Positions 19,624 to 29,691 of a stretch of 64,000 nucleotides of DNA are shown in pieces (position 1 is the stretch's first letter; every line of letters starts with the position of its first letter). A model generated the notes under the pieces. That model saw only the letters and a list, made by a program, of their open reading frames with translations. It had not been told where the DNA came from and searched no databases. The stretch covers positions 2,464,001 through 2,528,000 of the forward strand of contig OZ244653.1 of the NCBI GenBank assembly GCA_965218795.1. Direction: 5' to 3'. Made by a program: the position numbers and the translations under genes. This stretch comes from a bacterium (GTDB lineage Bacteria; UBA8248; JACPRG01; G963555815).

Positions 19624-20029
19624 CGAACATCTCACGGAAAGAGAGAAGTCCCCCGCCCATTCACCGGTCTTGGGGAGCTACCCCGAGACGGAAGATAGCT
19701 ATTGTATTTAGCGGGTAACCCGACAAAGCGGGACCCAAAAGGATGTTCGCTTGAGAGAAAGTCTGGATCAAGGTGGAGAGGCGGGTCAATCAGATTTCTT
19801 GTTCTTCTTAGTGGGCTTGTCGTCTGTACGTTGCTTCCTGAACTGAATGCGCTTGACCGGATGGGTCGAAACAAGCGAATTTGTCACTTCATCGAACTTG
19901 CCGAAAAGAGGATTTTCCGTGGCCGGATTGTCGTCTGACTGGGGCGGAGCCTTGCGTTTCATGATGCCCCTAATAGGAGGGTAGACAGGGTGCGTTCAAT
20001 TTCATCGAGACGGACTCGAATTCTTTTCC

Positions 20030-20595
20030 CTAAAAAAAGCCCGCCATGAGAAAAGCGGGCAGACTCACTCCGATTCCGTAATCCTCATACAGCGACGCTG
20101 CGACCGAGAAACTCCCCGCCGCATGAAACGAGGGAAAGGAGAGATGGTTTGAACCGGCCGGCCGCTCCCGCCGGGTGACTCCCTTGAGGACCGCCGTTCC
20201 CTCCCCGGCCAGCGAAAGGGACTCCAGCGCCACCTCCCCCACCTTGCGAACCCGGGGCGCGCGAAGCGAATCTCCCAGAAGATAGGTCGTGCCCGCCAGG
20301 GTCAAGGCCACGAGAGTCTCAACGTTCCACAGCCCCCGGGGCCCTCCGATGAGGTGCCGGAGGAAAGTTTCAGCCAGATAACTGTATTGTCGCTGCGACC
20401 AGGAGGGCTCTTCGGGGCTGGAGGTGGACAGGGGTACGCTTTTGTCCGCCTGGGCGGTTATCCAACCGCTGGGCGCCGTGCTCCTCCAGTTCCGCACTCA
20501 TGGCAAGAGGCTGCCCGCAAATCACTCCAGTCAACAATAGGCCGAGCCACCGAAGGAAGAATAACCGGCGTTTTGCCTTTAGGAGCGCCCCTCAT
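20030..20595 (-). pseudogene. PAP2-family phosphatase, frameshifted and truncated
   Basis: LKGVTRRERP and SFPSFH motifs present, third motif absent; signal-like segment lies in another frame. Confidence 0.6.
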
Positions 20596-20793
20596 GCCGG
20601 CCCCGTCGAGTGAGCGGGAAATGATTTCCGAAGATAGCACGTCGCGAGAAAGGATCAAGCTGCAACGCTCCGGATATCGAGCCGTACGACTCGGGCGTCA
20701 TTTCAATCGCGGCGGATGAGAGCGGGGGCGGACCGGGGTCGCAAGAACGCCGTTGCTCTCTCTTCAACGATGAGAATCATGAAAGCGGCGTGG

Positions 20794-22159
20794 TCAACCC
20801 CCGAATACGTCCGGGAATTTCTCGCGTATGGCCCGGAGGTCTTCAGGGTCGGCGGCGGCCACAGGAGGGAAGTCTTCGATCCACTCGAAGGGACGGCAGG
20901 CGTCGATGATCGCGCGGGAGCTTTTTGGAACCTTCTTATCGGGGTTCAGCGGGTCGGCGGGGCTCCCCCACGCCCGCCGGATGAAGTCGATATCCTCAGA
21001 GGGATCCGACCGGGTGCACATGGCCCAGACCACTTCCTTCAGGTCGGTGGGGTCGATGTCCTCGTCCACCACGATGACGTAGCGGCCCATGTAAGCCCCG
21101 GCGTGACATTGGGACGCCACAAATCCCGCCATCCGCGCGTGTCCCAGAAACTGTTGCTTGATGGATACAGTGATCCACAGCCGCCCGCCGCCCGCCTCGT
21201 CGCACCACACCCTCTGGACCGGGGGGAGAACCCAGGAGGATCGGGTCGTTGCGATGAAGGACGGCCTCCACCTTCACGAGAAACGCCGGGTACTCGCTGC
21301 CCGAGTAATAGCCATGCCATTCGCCGAACGGGCCGTCGGTGGTCCGCTTGTCTTCCTCCAGAAATCCTTCGAGGACGATCTCGGCGGCGGCGGGAACCGG
21401 CAGGCCCGTCACCTCTCCTTCCACCACCGGATACCGTCCGCCGATGACAGCCCCCGCGTAATTCAGCTCGCTCACACCGGTGGGGACTTCGATCCCGGAC
21501 AGAATGGCCAACAGAGGATCGTGGCCAACGGTTACGGCCACCGGGCAACGTTCGCCGCGGGCAAAGTGCTTCTTTGCGAATTGAATCCCGTGCTTGCCGG
21601 GGATGATCATCACCGAGATGTGCCGCTTGTCGACAACCTGGACTCGATAGGCTCCCAGGTTCACGACCCCCGTCTCGGGGTCGCGGAGCAGAACGGCGTC
21701 TCCGGTTCCGATGAAGCGTCCGCCGTCGCGCTTGTGCCAGAAGGGGGTGGGGAAACGGTCAAGGTCGATCTGATCGCCCAGGAGGACGTTTTCCTTGACG
21801 GGGCCGTCCGGAAGGAGCTCGGGCGAGAGTTCCGGCGCCCTGGCTTCCCACTCGATAGGCTTGCCTCGCAGGGCCTGGACGAGACCGGCACTGGTGAATT
21901 CGCTTCCCATCCGAAGGGCGATACCCAGCCGCCGCGGTGAGTTGGAAGCGCCCGTCAGGACCCGGAACCCTTTGGGGTAGTCCGGAATTTCGTCAAACAG
22001 CAGGGCCGGGCTGCGGGCCTGACGGTAATTCGCCTCCGATAACGAGCCGATTTCCAGATTCCAATGTGCGCCTCGGACGGTCTTCAACTCTCCCAGCGCG
22101 TCCACGACGTTCAGCCAGTCCCTCAAATCCGTGATTTCAGCAAGTCCGGCCCGTTCCAT
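20794..22159 (-). pseudogene. UbiD-family decarboxylase with internal deletion and frameshift
   Basis: DLRDWL...GAHWNLEIG, NLGAYR, DGPFGEWHGYY; C-terminus (VIVVDEDIDP, IIDACRPF) in a different frame from ~21220. Confidence 0.85.
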
Positions 22160-22239
22160 ACATCGGTTCCCAATGATCGAGAGTTGACGTGACCCGTATC
22201 AGCCACTCCAGTGACCCACTGGATAGTTCCCTTTTTTGG

Positions 22240-23865
22240 TTACTTCAATCCGCTTAGGCGCTCTTCCAGGCTCACGGGGTTCCACCAGGGAGCCATCCCC
22301 AGGTCCTCGGCGACGACTTTGGCCGCGTTGAACCCCGGCCCGCCGGTGATATTCCCGCCCGGATGCATGCAAGAGCCGCACATGAAAAGACCCTCGATCG
22401 GCGTCCGGTATCCGGAGAGTTCGGGTATCGGCCGATTGTCATAGAACTGATCGGCGTTCAGGTGGCCCTCCATCCAGTCCCCGCCGACCATCGTCGTCAC
22501 GTGGTTCTCGATATCCAATGGAGACTGGCCGAATTTGTTGACGATGACTCCCGGATTCTTGAGGTTCGGAGCGAGCTCGGCCCATCGGTCATGAAGCGCG
22601 TCCAGGAACTCGTCCTGGATCTTCAGCCACTTCCGGGGACCGCCGTCGACCACATAGGGAGCCAGCTGCCACATGAAGGCTGTGTGCTTGCCGGGCGGCG
22701 CCTGGCTCGGATCGAACACGCTCGGCGTCGTCCCGTTGAAGAAAAGTTTTTTCGGCAGACGGCCTTCGTCGTGGGCGTGATGAAGCTCGTTCATGTCCTC
22801 CCGGCTGTCCAGCCCGACCACCGTGAGGAGGATCCGGCCGGCGTCGGGCTCATGCTTTTCCGCCGTATAGACGGGCCGCTCGTTGAGGGCCAGGTTGATG
22901 GAAAAAATCGGACCGATGGGACCGTATTCAAAGCCCCGGGTCCGCTCTGTCAGACCGGGGTCCGCATGGCCGGGATCGATGAGGTTGACGAAGGTCTGGG
23001 CGGGCCCGGTGCTGGTCGCGATGAACCGCCGGGCCTTGATCCGCAGCTCGGTCTTGAGTTCGACCCCGGTCGCGCGGCTCCCCTCCACGAGGATGCGCGT
23101 CACCTCCCGCCCCTCCACAACGTCGGCCCCGGCGGCGAGGGCGCTGGCGTCCAGGGCGTGGGCGAGGCGATGCGACGTCCCCCGCGCCATTTGTAGGTTC
23201 ACCCCCGTCGCAATCATGTGGGGGATGAGCCAGCCCAGCCTTTCCGACCACGTATCGTAGCCGCGGATGTCTCCCAGGTAGAGCAGGAAAGCCCGCACGG
23301 GATCGCTCTCGAAAAGGTCGCACACCACGTCATCGCACGACTTGTCGGCGAATTCCAGAAACTCGCGGCCATCCTCGCTGGTCTTGAGGAGCGATTTCAG
23401 GTTGTCCCACCCGATGGGCGGGTGGTAGGTCATGGGCTCCGAGACGTTCCGCACGACGGACTGCCAGCGGTGATGAATCTCTTCCCAGGCGTGGGCGTCG
23501 CGGGAAGAAAATTTCTCAATCGACTTCTTCGTCTTCTCGATGTCGGTGTAGAGAAGGATGCAGCGCTCATCGCTCATCAGCATCCCGCAGCCGACCTCGG
23601 GACGAATGTACTCGACGTCGTAATTTCCGACTTCCAGGTCACGCCACCAGGGAAGGTTCATCAGGTTGCGGTGGAAGAAGGAATGCATGTTGTGGAGGAA
23701 ACCAGGATAGTGCGGGTCGACGTGGGTATCCAGGCCCCCGCCCTGCTCCAGATAGCGCTCCAGAACGACCACCTCCAGCCCCGCCCGCGCCATGTATCCG
23801 GCCAGGATGAGACCATTGTGTCCCGCCCCGACGATGATCGCGTCGTATTCGTTTCTCAACGCCAT
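22240..23865 (-). CDS. Phytoene desaturase-like FAD oxidoreductase (COG1233 type)
   Basis: IVGAGHNGL, GYRTPIEGLFMCGSCMHPGG. Confidence 0.9.
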   Translation of the reverse strand: MALRNEYDAIIVGAGHNGLILAGYMARAGLEVVVLERYLEQGGGLDTHVDPHYPGFLHNMHSFFHRNLMNLPWWRDLEVGNYDVEYIRPEVGCGMLMSDERCILLYTDIEKTKKSIEKFSSRDAHAWEEIHHRWQSVVRNVSEPMTYHPPIGWDNLKSLLKTSEDGREFLEFADKSCDDVVCDLFESDPVRAFLLYLGDIRGYDTWSERLGWLIPHMIATGVNLQMARGTSHRLAHALDASALAAGADVVEGREVTRILVEGSRATGVELKTELRIKARRFIATSTGPAQTFVNLIDPGHADPGLTERTRGFEYGPIGPIFSINLALNERPVYTAEKHEPDAGRILLTVVGLDSREDMNELHHAHDEGRLPKKLFFNGTTPSVFDPSQAPPGKHTAFMWQLAPYVVDGGPRKWLKIQDEFLDALHDRWAELAPNLKNPGVIVNKFGQSPLDIENHVTTMVGGDWMEGHLNADQFYDNRPIPELSGYRTPIEGLFMCGSCMHPGGNITGGPGFNAAKVVAEDLGMAPWWNPVSLEERLSGLK

Positions 23866-24063
23866 GGATGCACCCTTGCGAAGCGTATTGTGGATCCGGG
23901 GGATTTCACTCCTGTCTTGCGTGCGGCCACCGGGGACCGCGTCGGGTGCATGAGTCTCTCAGGGCGGGTACGGGGCCCCGCTCCCTACATTTCAATTCAC
24001 CGATTCAGGAGCACGATGCAAAGGCCGGGATCCGTACCGGACTGAGCCGCCGAGCAAACAAAC

Positions 24064-24282
24064 CTAACCTTCCAGTTGACCGATCATCGTTCGCAGTTCC
24101 ACGACTTCAATGGGGCAGTCGGCCCAATCATGCTCCCAGCAAACGATCAGATCGCATTGGGATGGGTCGTGGCCGTGGTCACGAAAATTGCTGCTGCGAT
24201 ACTCGAATTCAATCCGGACCTTCTGCCAGCGATCCCGCTTCTCATCGACGCATCGTTTGGCTTCGCAATCGGGAAAAGCCGC
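24064..24282 (-). pseudogene. C-terminal fragment of a restriction-endonuclease-like (PD-(D/E)xK type) protein
   Basis: Startless frame AAFPDCEAKR...RWQKVRIEFEYRSSNFRDHGHDPSQCDLIVCWEHDW...IEVVEL*. Confidence 0.6.
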
Positions 24283-25872
24283 TCACTCCCCCTTTGCCCA
24301 CCACTTCGGAATCTCCAGGTCCTCCGCGACAACGTTGACCGTGTGATAGGCCGTCGCGCCGACGACTCCGCCGCCGGGGTGGACGCAGGAACCGCAATAG
24401 TATAGTCCCTCGATGGGGGTCCTGTACCCGGCAAGCTCCGGAACGGAAGAAAAGTACTCGCCCCTCCGGTAGATGATCTCCCCCATATGAACCGCGCCCT
24501 TGTCGAGGTTCCCGACGTGCCGCTCGATGTCGGCGGGGGACATGACCTGCGCGTCCAGGATGTTTCCCCGGCTCAAATCGACGACCTGTCTGAAACGCTC
24601 GACCGCCGCGTCACGAAATGAATTCTTGACGTCATCCCACCCGTCGACTCCGCGATCGCCCGCCCGATACGGAACCGGAGCCCACAATACAACGGTATTT
24701 CCGCCGTCCGGGGCATGGAGTGAATCGTAGACCGTGGGGATGCCGGCCGAAAGACAGACCGGCTCCGGCAGCCTGCCTTGGTCCACCGCGGCCCACAGTT
24801 CCGTCCACCCTTCGGGGGACTGCGGCCCCAAGTCCACTTTGGACGTCCGCGTCAATTCAGCCGGGCGGCCCTTGTAGGAAACCGACCCCTCCAGGGCGAG
24901 GTGAATGCTCAATATCCCGAAGGGCGCGGAATGAAACGCGCCGATGCCCTCCGCCAGCCCTGAAGGCAGATGGTCCTTCCCGACCAGCTCAAGAAATACT
25001 TCCTCCAGCCCCAGAGCTCCGATGACGCATTTTCGGGCGTTGAGACGCGTTCCGTCGGCCAGCTCGACCCCTGTCGCCCGTCCGTTCTCCACAACGATCC
25101 GGCGAACATCGCAAACCGTCCTGGTCTCCCCTCCAGCGGCCACCATGGCCCGCCACAAGGCGTGGGCCATGACGTGCGGGCCGCCCTCGATCAGGAGCAT
25201 CATCGATTCGGCCTGCGCCACGGCCAAAAGAATCACATGACCCAGCCCGGGGACGTCATCCCGCAGACCCCGCGTGACGGGAAGCTGGTTGAGATAGAAG
25301 GTCCGGACGACCGGATCGTCAAAAAGCCGTTCGGCGGCATCGCGTGCCGTCAGCTCGCGGAATTCGCTGACTTCCCGGGCCTCCGGCGAATCTCCAAGCC
25401 CGGCCGCCGGGTCTGAGCCGTTCCCGTCGTTCCGCGGCCCTCCGTACAGGGCGGGAATCACCTGCTCCCGAAGGAAGCGACCCAACCGCCGGTTCACCTC
25501 GCGGACCGTGTCGCCGTCCTTCGCCGAAACGGCGGCAATGGAATCGGCCGTTTTCTCCGGATTCAGCCAGCCGATCAGGGTCCGGCCATCCTCGAGCAGA
25601 AGCGCGTTTTGGGGGTCGGGGGTGACATAATCCGCGTGAAACCGCTCGAAACCGAGATCGCGGAACGGGGGCAGCCGGTCGACGCCCAAGTGGTAATAGG
25701 AATGCAGGTTGTGCCAATAGCCGGGGTAGGCGAACGATTCGGTGCACATGTCGCCGCCGACCTCCAGACCCTTTTCGAGGATCACCACATCCAGCCCCGC
25801 CCGGGCCAGATACGTCGCGGTCATCATGCCGGCATGGCCGGCGCCTACAACAATGACATCGTAATCGGCCAC
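24283..25872 (-). CDS. Phytoene desaturase-like FAD oxidoreductase (COG1233 type), second paralog
   Basis: VVGAGHAG, GYRTPIEGLYYCGSCVHPGG; GTG start after GGAGGA. Confidence 0.88.
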   Translation of the reverse strand: MADYDVIVVGAGHAGMMTATYLARAGLDVVILEKGLEVGGDMCTESFAYPGYWHNLHSYYHLGVDRLPPFRDLGFERFHADYVTPDPQNALLLEDGRTLIGWLNPEKTADSIAAVSAKDGDTVREVNRRLGRFLREQVIPALYGGPRNDGNGSDPAAGLGDSPEAREVSEFRELTARDAAERLFDDPVVRTFYLNQLPVTRGLRDDVPGLGHVILLAVAQAESMMLLIEGGPHVMAHALWRAMVAAGGETRTVCDVRRIVVENGRATGVELADGTRLNARKCVIGALGLEEVFLELVGKDHLPSGLAEGIGAFHSAPFGILSIHLALEGSVSYKGRPAELTRTSKVDLGPQSPEGWTELWAAVDQGRLPEPVCLSAGIPTVYDSLHAPDGGNTVVLWAPVPYRAGDRGVDGWDDVKNSFRDAAVERFRQVVDLSRGNILDAQVMSPADIERHVGNLDKGAVHMGEIIYRRGEYFSSVPELAGYRTPIEGLYYCGSCVHPGGGVVGATAYHTVNVVAEDLEIPKWWAKGE

Positions 25873-25963
25873 GTCTTCCTCCGTTTTCAAATGGTTTCCC
25901 GGGGAACCCCTCTTTAGGCACTGGCGTGCCGGCCATTTCGTGGATGAGATGAGGCGGGGGTGC

Positions 25964-26089
25964 TTTTGGGGACAACGCGCCTCCGCGTTTTCGCGGCGTC
26001 TGCTCGGCACCGCAGTCGGGCTGAACGATGGAATCGTAGATGATATCAACCCTGATGCCCGGCGAAATCGAAGCAGGCCGTGCCTGCCC
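25964..26089 (+). repeat. ~125-bp dispersed repeat, copy 1
   Basis: TTTTGG..CAACGCG...GCCCGGCGAAATCGAAGCAGGCCGTGCCTGCCC; near-identical to 30942-31065. Confidence 0.9.
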
Positions 26090-26118
26090 TCCTGGCTCCC
26101 CTGAAAAACTTCTGTTCC

Positions 26119-26156
26119 GCGAAAGGGCGCGGCCCTGCCGGGCCGCGCCCTTTCGC
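26119..26156. terminator. Strong GC-rich hairpin downstream of the SDR gene
   Basis: CGAAAGGGCGCGGCCC / GGGCCGCGCCCTTTCG inverted repeat. Confidence 0.5.
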
Positions 26157-26278
26157 ATAAAGCTGGTCTATTGGCCAGATGCCGGAGCCTACGCCATCGG
26201 TTCGGCGTGCGCCGCGAAGCCCCCCCCGCAGGACCACCAGTTCCGGCCCCCCAAAAGCGCCCCCGCCTGTCAACACGG

Positions 26279-27055
26279 TTATACGAATACGTCGCCTCCG
26301 TTGACCAACAGGGTCTGGCCCGTCATGAATGCGCTCGCGTCCGAGCCCAGGAAGACCACGGCGCCCACCAGATCCTCCGGCTGCTGATGACGCTGCAGGG
26401 ATCGAGTGCCGATGATCCGGGCCTCCATACCCTTCCACCACTCGGCCTTGTCCGGGTCTTCCATGAGACGAACGTTCGCCTCGCTCATCGTGAATCCGGG
26501 TCCGATGGCATTGACCCGGATGCTGGATTCCCCCAACTCTCGGGCCGCCGCCCGAGTCATCCCGATCACGGCGCCTTTGGACGACACATAGTGGAGGAAA
26601 CCCGGAACTCCTTTGTGGACGGTGTCCGATGCAAAGTTGATGATAGAGCCGCCGCCGCTCTTCCGCATGAAGGGAGCGGCGGCCTTCATGCACAGGAAGA
26701 CCCCCCGGACGTTGACGGCCATCACCCGGTCCCATTCGTCGACGGGGATGTCTTCGAAGCGCTGATCGCGCTTGAGATTGGCAAAAAGCGCCGCATTGTT
26801 CACCAGAACGTCGAGCCGGCCAAATTCCGTCTCAACGCCTTTCATCATCGCATTCACCGCGGACTCGTCGGACACATCGGTTGAAAAAGCCTTTGCGCGG
26901 CCTCCCGACTGGACAATCTCCTCGGCGGCGGGTCCGGCGTCCTGCACGTCAACCAGGCCCACGGCCGCCCCGGCATCCGCCAGGCCTGCGGCCAACGCCT
27001 TGCCAATCCCCTGCGCGCTTCCCGTGACGACGGCCACCCGGCCCTCAAGGTTCAT
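26279..27055 (-). CDS. SDR family oxidoreductase
   Basis: TGSAQGIG, NNAA, YVSSK, VNAIGPG. Confidence 0.95.
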   Translation of the reverse strand: MNLEGRVAVVTGSAQGIGKALAAGLADAGAAVGLVDVQDAGPAAEEIVQSGGRAKAFSTDVSDESAVNAMMKGVETEFGRLDVLVNNAALFANLKRDQRFEDIPVDEWDRVMAVNVRGVFLCMKAAAPFMRKSGGGSIINFASDTVHKGVPGFLHYVSSKGAVIGMTRAAARELGESSIRVNAIGPGFTMSEANVRLMEDPDKAEWWKGMEARIIGTRSLQRHQQPEDLVGAVVFLGSDASAFMTGQTLLVNGGDVFV

Positions 27056-27182
27056 CTTTCCTCCTCCGCGCTTCCCTTACTGACAGACAGTGACTCTTCC
27101 GCCGAACAATCCATGGGTCATCCTGATGAACAAAATATGGGATGCCGGACGCGGCGACCGTCGTTTTGACGGATTCCGGGAC

Positions 27183-28640
27183 TCAGCCCACCCACCGCTT
27201 GAAATCTTCGGGTGAGAGATAGTCCTCCAAAGGGGTTTCCTGGAAACGGGCCCGCATGAACAGGGGTGGGATCCCCTCCTTCTCGATGGTTTTGTACTTC
27301 CAGGGGATCGTGGCGTCAACGATCATCTTCGCTTTGACGACCGAATCCCCCGGAATGAGGGAGCGTACCCCGGCGATGGGATTGTTGCGGTGGGTCTTGG
27401 CCTCGGGCAGGACGTGGACCTGCTCTTTGGGGTTGCAGCGGGTCGTGACGGCCCAATCGATGGCGTCCATGTCGTAGAGGTCCACGTCCTCGTCGACCAG
27501 CGTGACCGTCTCCAGGTACACGGAAAAGCCAAACGCCGCCAGGGCCACCTGGATCTGCTGCCCTTCACGATCCGGCGTATCCTTTTTGAGCTGGATGATG
27601 CCGTGGTGCCAATGGGCGGAGCCGCGCGTGAGCGCCGCATCCAAAACGAAGGTGGGCTCAATCGCCTTGACGTACCGGTAAAAGGCCACGTCGTTGGAGA
27701 TCCGGATGTTGTAGTTCTCTTTCGTTCCCGGAACAATGTTGTAGCTCATGGGCCGGGAACAATGCGTCACGCCTGTGATCCGGAAAATCGGCTTGCGCTG
27801 GGGAATGCTCAGATACTTCAGGAACTCGGGCCATGGCCCTTCCCATTCCTCATCGTAAGGGGGCTCGACGACACCCTCGAGGACGATGTTCGCCGAGGCC
27901 GGCACCTCCAGGTCGATCGTCTTGCACTTGACGAGCTCGATGCGTTCCCCCTTGAGCGAACCCGCCAGGGCAAACTCCTCCTGACCGAACGGCAGCTTGG
28001 TGACGGCGGACAGGTAGATCTCGGCATCCATGCCGAAGATGAGCGCAACGGGAAACGGCTCGTTCCGCTCTCTGGCCTTCCGGAAGTGCATGCCGATGTG
28101 GGCCTCGGGCCTGATGTTGATGACCGTCCGGTTGTCGTCGAGGATCATGTTCCGGTAGACGCCCATGTTCCGCTCGCCGGTGTCCGGGTCCTTGGTCACC
28201 ACGGCCGCCTGGAAGTACTTGCCGCCGTCGTCCAGGGAGGCTTGGATGGAGGGGGTGAAGGCCAGGGCATCGAAGTTTTCGACGTGGACGACTTCCTGGC
28301 AGGGTCCGTCGGAAACGACCACGGGCGCCATCCGGCCCTCCAGGGCGCCTTCCATCGCAGCCAGGTACGCATGCTTGAATTCCAGCGGGTCGTCGGGCAT
28401 CCCCAAGAGCCGCCTGACCCTTGCGCGCTCGCTGAAGAGAGTCCCGCCCACGGGCATGGAGTAACCCTTCACATTTCGGAACATCACGCCCGGGGTGTAG
28501 CGGAGACCGTCGAGCTTCATGAAGATGCCGGCGAGTTCGTGCACGCTGTCCACTTCGCGCTCGATGACGGCGACCTCCCCTTCATCGATCAATCGCTGGA
28601 AGGCGGCGCCGATGCCCACGGCGGTCTGGATACGTGTCAT
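27183..28640 (-). CDS. UbiD-family decarboxylase (divergent)
   Basis: NMGVYR, EVPASANIVLEG, EGPWPE, LVDEDVD, WAVTTR, IVDAT. Confidence 0.88.
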   Translation of the reverse strand: MTRIQTAVGIGAAFQRLIDEGEVAVIEREVDSVHELAGIFMKLDGLRYTPGVMFRNVKGYSMPVGGTLFSERARVRRLLGMPDDPLEFKHAYLAAMEGALEGRMAPVVVSDGPCQEVVHVENFDALAFTPSIQASLDDGGKYFQAAVVTKDPDTGERNMGVYRNMILDDNRTVINIRPEAHIGMHFRKARERNEPFPVALIFGMDAEIYLSAVTKLPFGQEEFALAGSLKGERIELVKCKTIDLEVPASANIVLEGVVEPPYDEEWEGPWPEFLKYLSIPQRKPIFRITGVTHCSRPMSYNIVPGTKENYNIRISNDVAFYRYVKAIEPTFVLDAALTRGSAHWHHGIIQLKKDTPDREGQQIQVALAAFGFSVYLETVTLVDEDVDLYDMDAIDWAVTTRCNPKEQVHVLPEAKTHRNNPIAGVRSLIPGDSVVKAKMIVDATIPWKYKTIEKEGIPPLFMRARFQETPLEDYLSPEDFKRWVG

Positions 28641-28863
28641 ATCAACCGCTCCATGAAATACAATCGTCCGGACAGGAGGAGAACGTTTTGGACATACCCA
28701 GGACCGTTGATCCGGATGGACCGAATCACGGAGGGACGGCCCCCGGAAACAATCCGGAAAAACGGGCTGGCTTGAAGGATTTCAGCTTCTTTCTAACATG
28801 CGGGGGGCAGGAGAAACAAGTTGAAGGGCGGTTGGGGAATGACCGTGAAGCCAGTGATCCGGC

Positions 28864-29270
28864 CCGCCGGGGTGTACCAAAACCGGAAATCCGCCTCATG
28901 GATTCCTGCGGGTCTGCCCCTGCATGGATTCCCGCCGCAGCCTGTCCCCGAATGCCTGCCTCGGGGGGGGCCAGGCTCTTGCCCAAACAAAAAACCCCGG
29001 CGGAGAATATCTCCCCCCACCGGGGCCTTCGGTTCAGATCATGGACCGAGTGTTTCTCTCATCTCACCGGTCCCAGTCACTTTCGTTCAACCTACGTATA
29101 ATATGAGGCCTCTTCCGCACCCTGTCAAGGAAATCTTTCGTTTTAATTTTGTTTTTTCAGGGTTTCGGGCGATCAAAAAAAATCCGCCAGGGTGTACCAA
29201 AACCGTGGATCCGCCCCGTGGATTCCCGTGGATCCGCCCCTGCATGGATTCCTGCTTGCGCAGGAATGAC
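28864..29270. repeat. Pair of ~70-bp imperfect direct repeats 320 bp apart, plus a GTCATTCC-type REP palindrome
   Basis: CCGCC.GGGTGTACCAAAACCG...GCCCCTGCATGGATTCC at ~28864 and ~29184; GATTCCTGCTTGCGCAGGAATGAC at 29247-29270. Confidence 0.75.
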
Positions 29271-29360
29271 AAGCCTGCGCTCAGGCGGGGGTCATTAACG
29301 TCGAAGGAAAATAACGCGATGTTCCAACCCATTCACAATTATTTTTGATCCGCGACAATC

Positions 29361-29407
29361 ACATCTTGAACAAGCCGCCAAGCTGTCCAAAACCTGGGAC
29401 CACCTCA
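29361..29407 (+). mobile_element. Isolated IS3 right-end fragment
   Basis: CTGTCCAAAACCTGGGACCACCTCA; terminal 14 nt are the exact reverse complement of 18431-18444. Confidence 0.8.
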
Positions 29408-29691
29408 TCGTTTCCCCTTTGAAAGATATCATTGGTTCGGGAAGATGCCTGGTTGTACAGATAACTCCGTGAAAAAAACGAAAGAAGCGCTAGAGATCCA
29501 GATTCGTTGAGAGGGCTTCATGGGGACGATTGGCGTTGAAGTCCTGATGGAAATTTGCGGACGGATGCCGAGAACCGCCGGAGGATGAAGTTCCGCTCCC
29601 ATGCCATCCGCCTCTTCGCGAAAAGGCCTGCCAAGGCGACGTGAATTCGCAGTCGCACGCTGCCGCCAAAATGTCCACCCACACGGTGACT

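Noticed and set aside
22240-25872. Carotenoid biosynthesis cluster
   Set aside because: No phytoene synthase, GGPP synthase or lycopene cyclase nearby; the context is catabolic.
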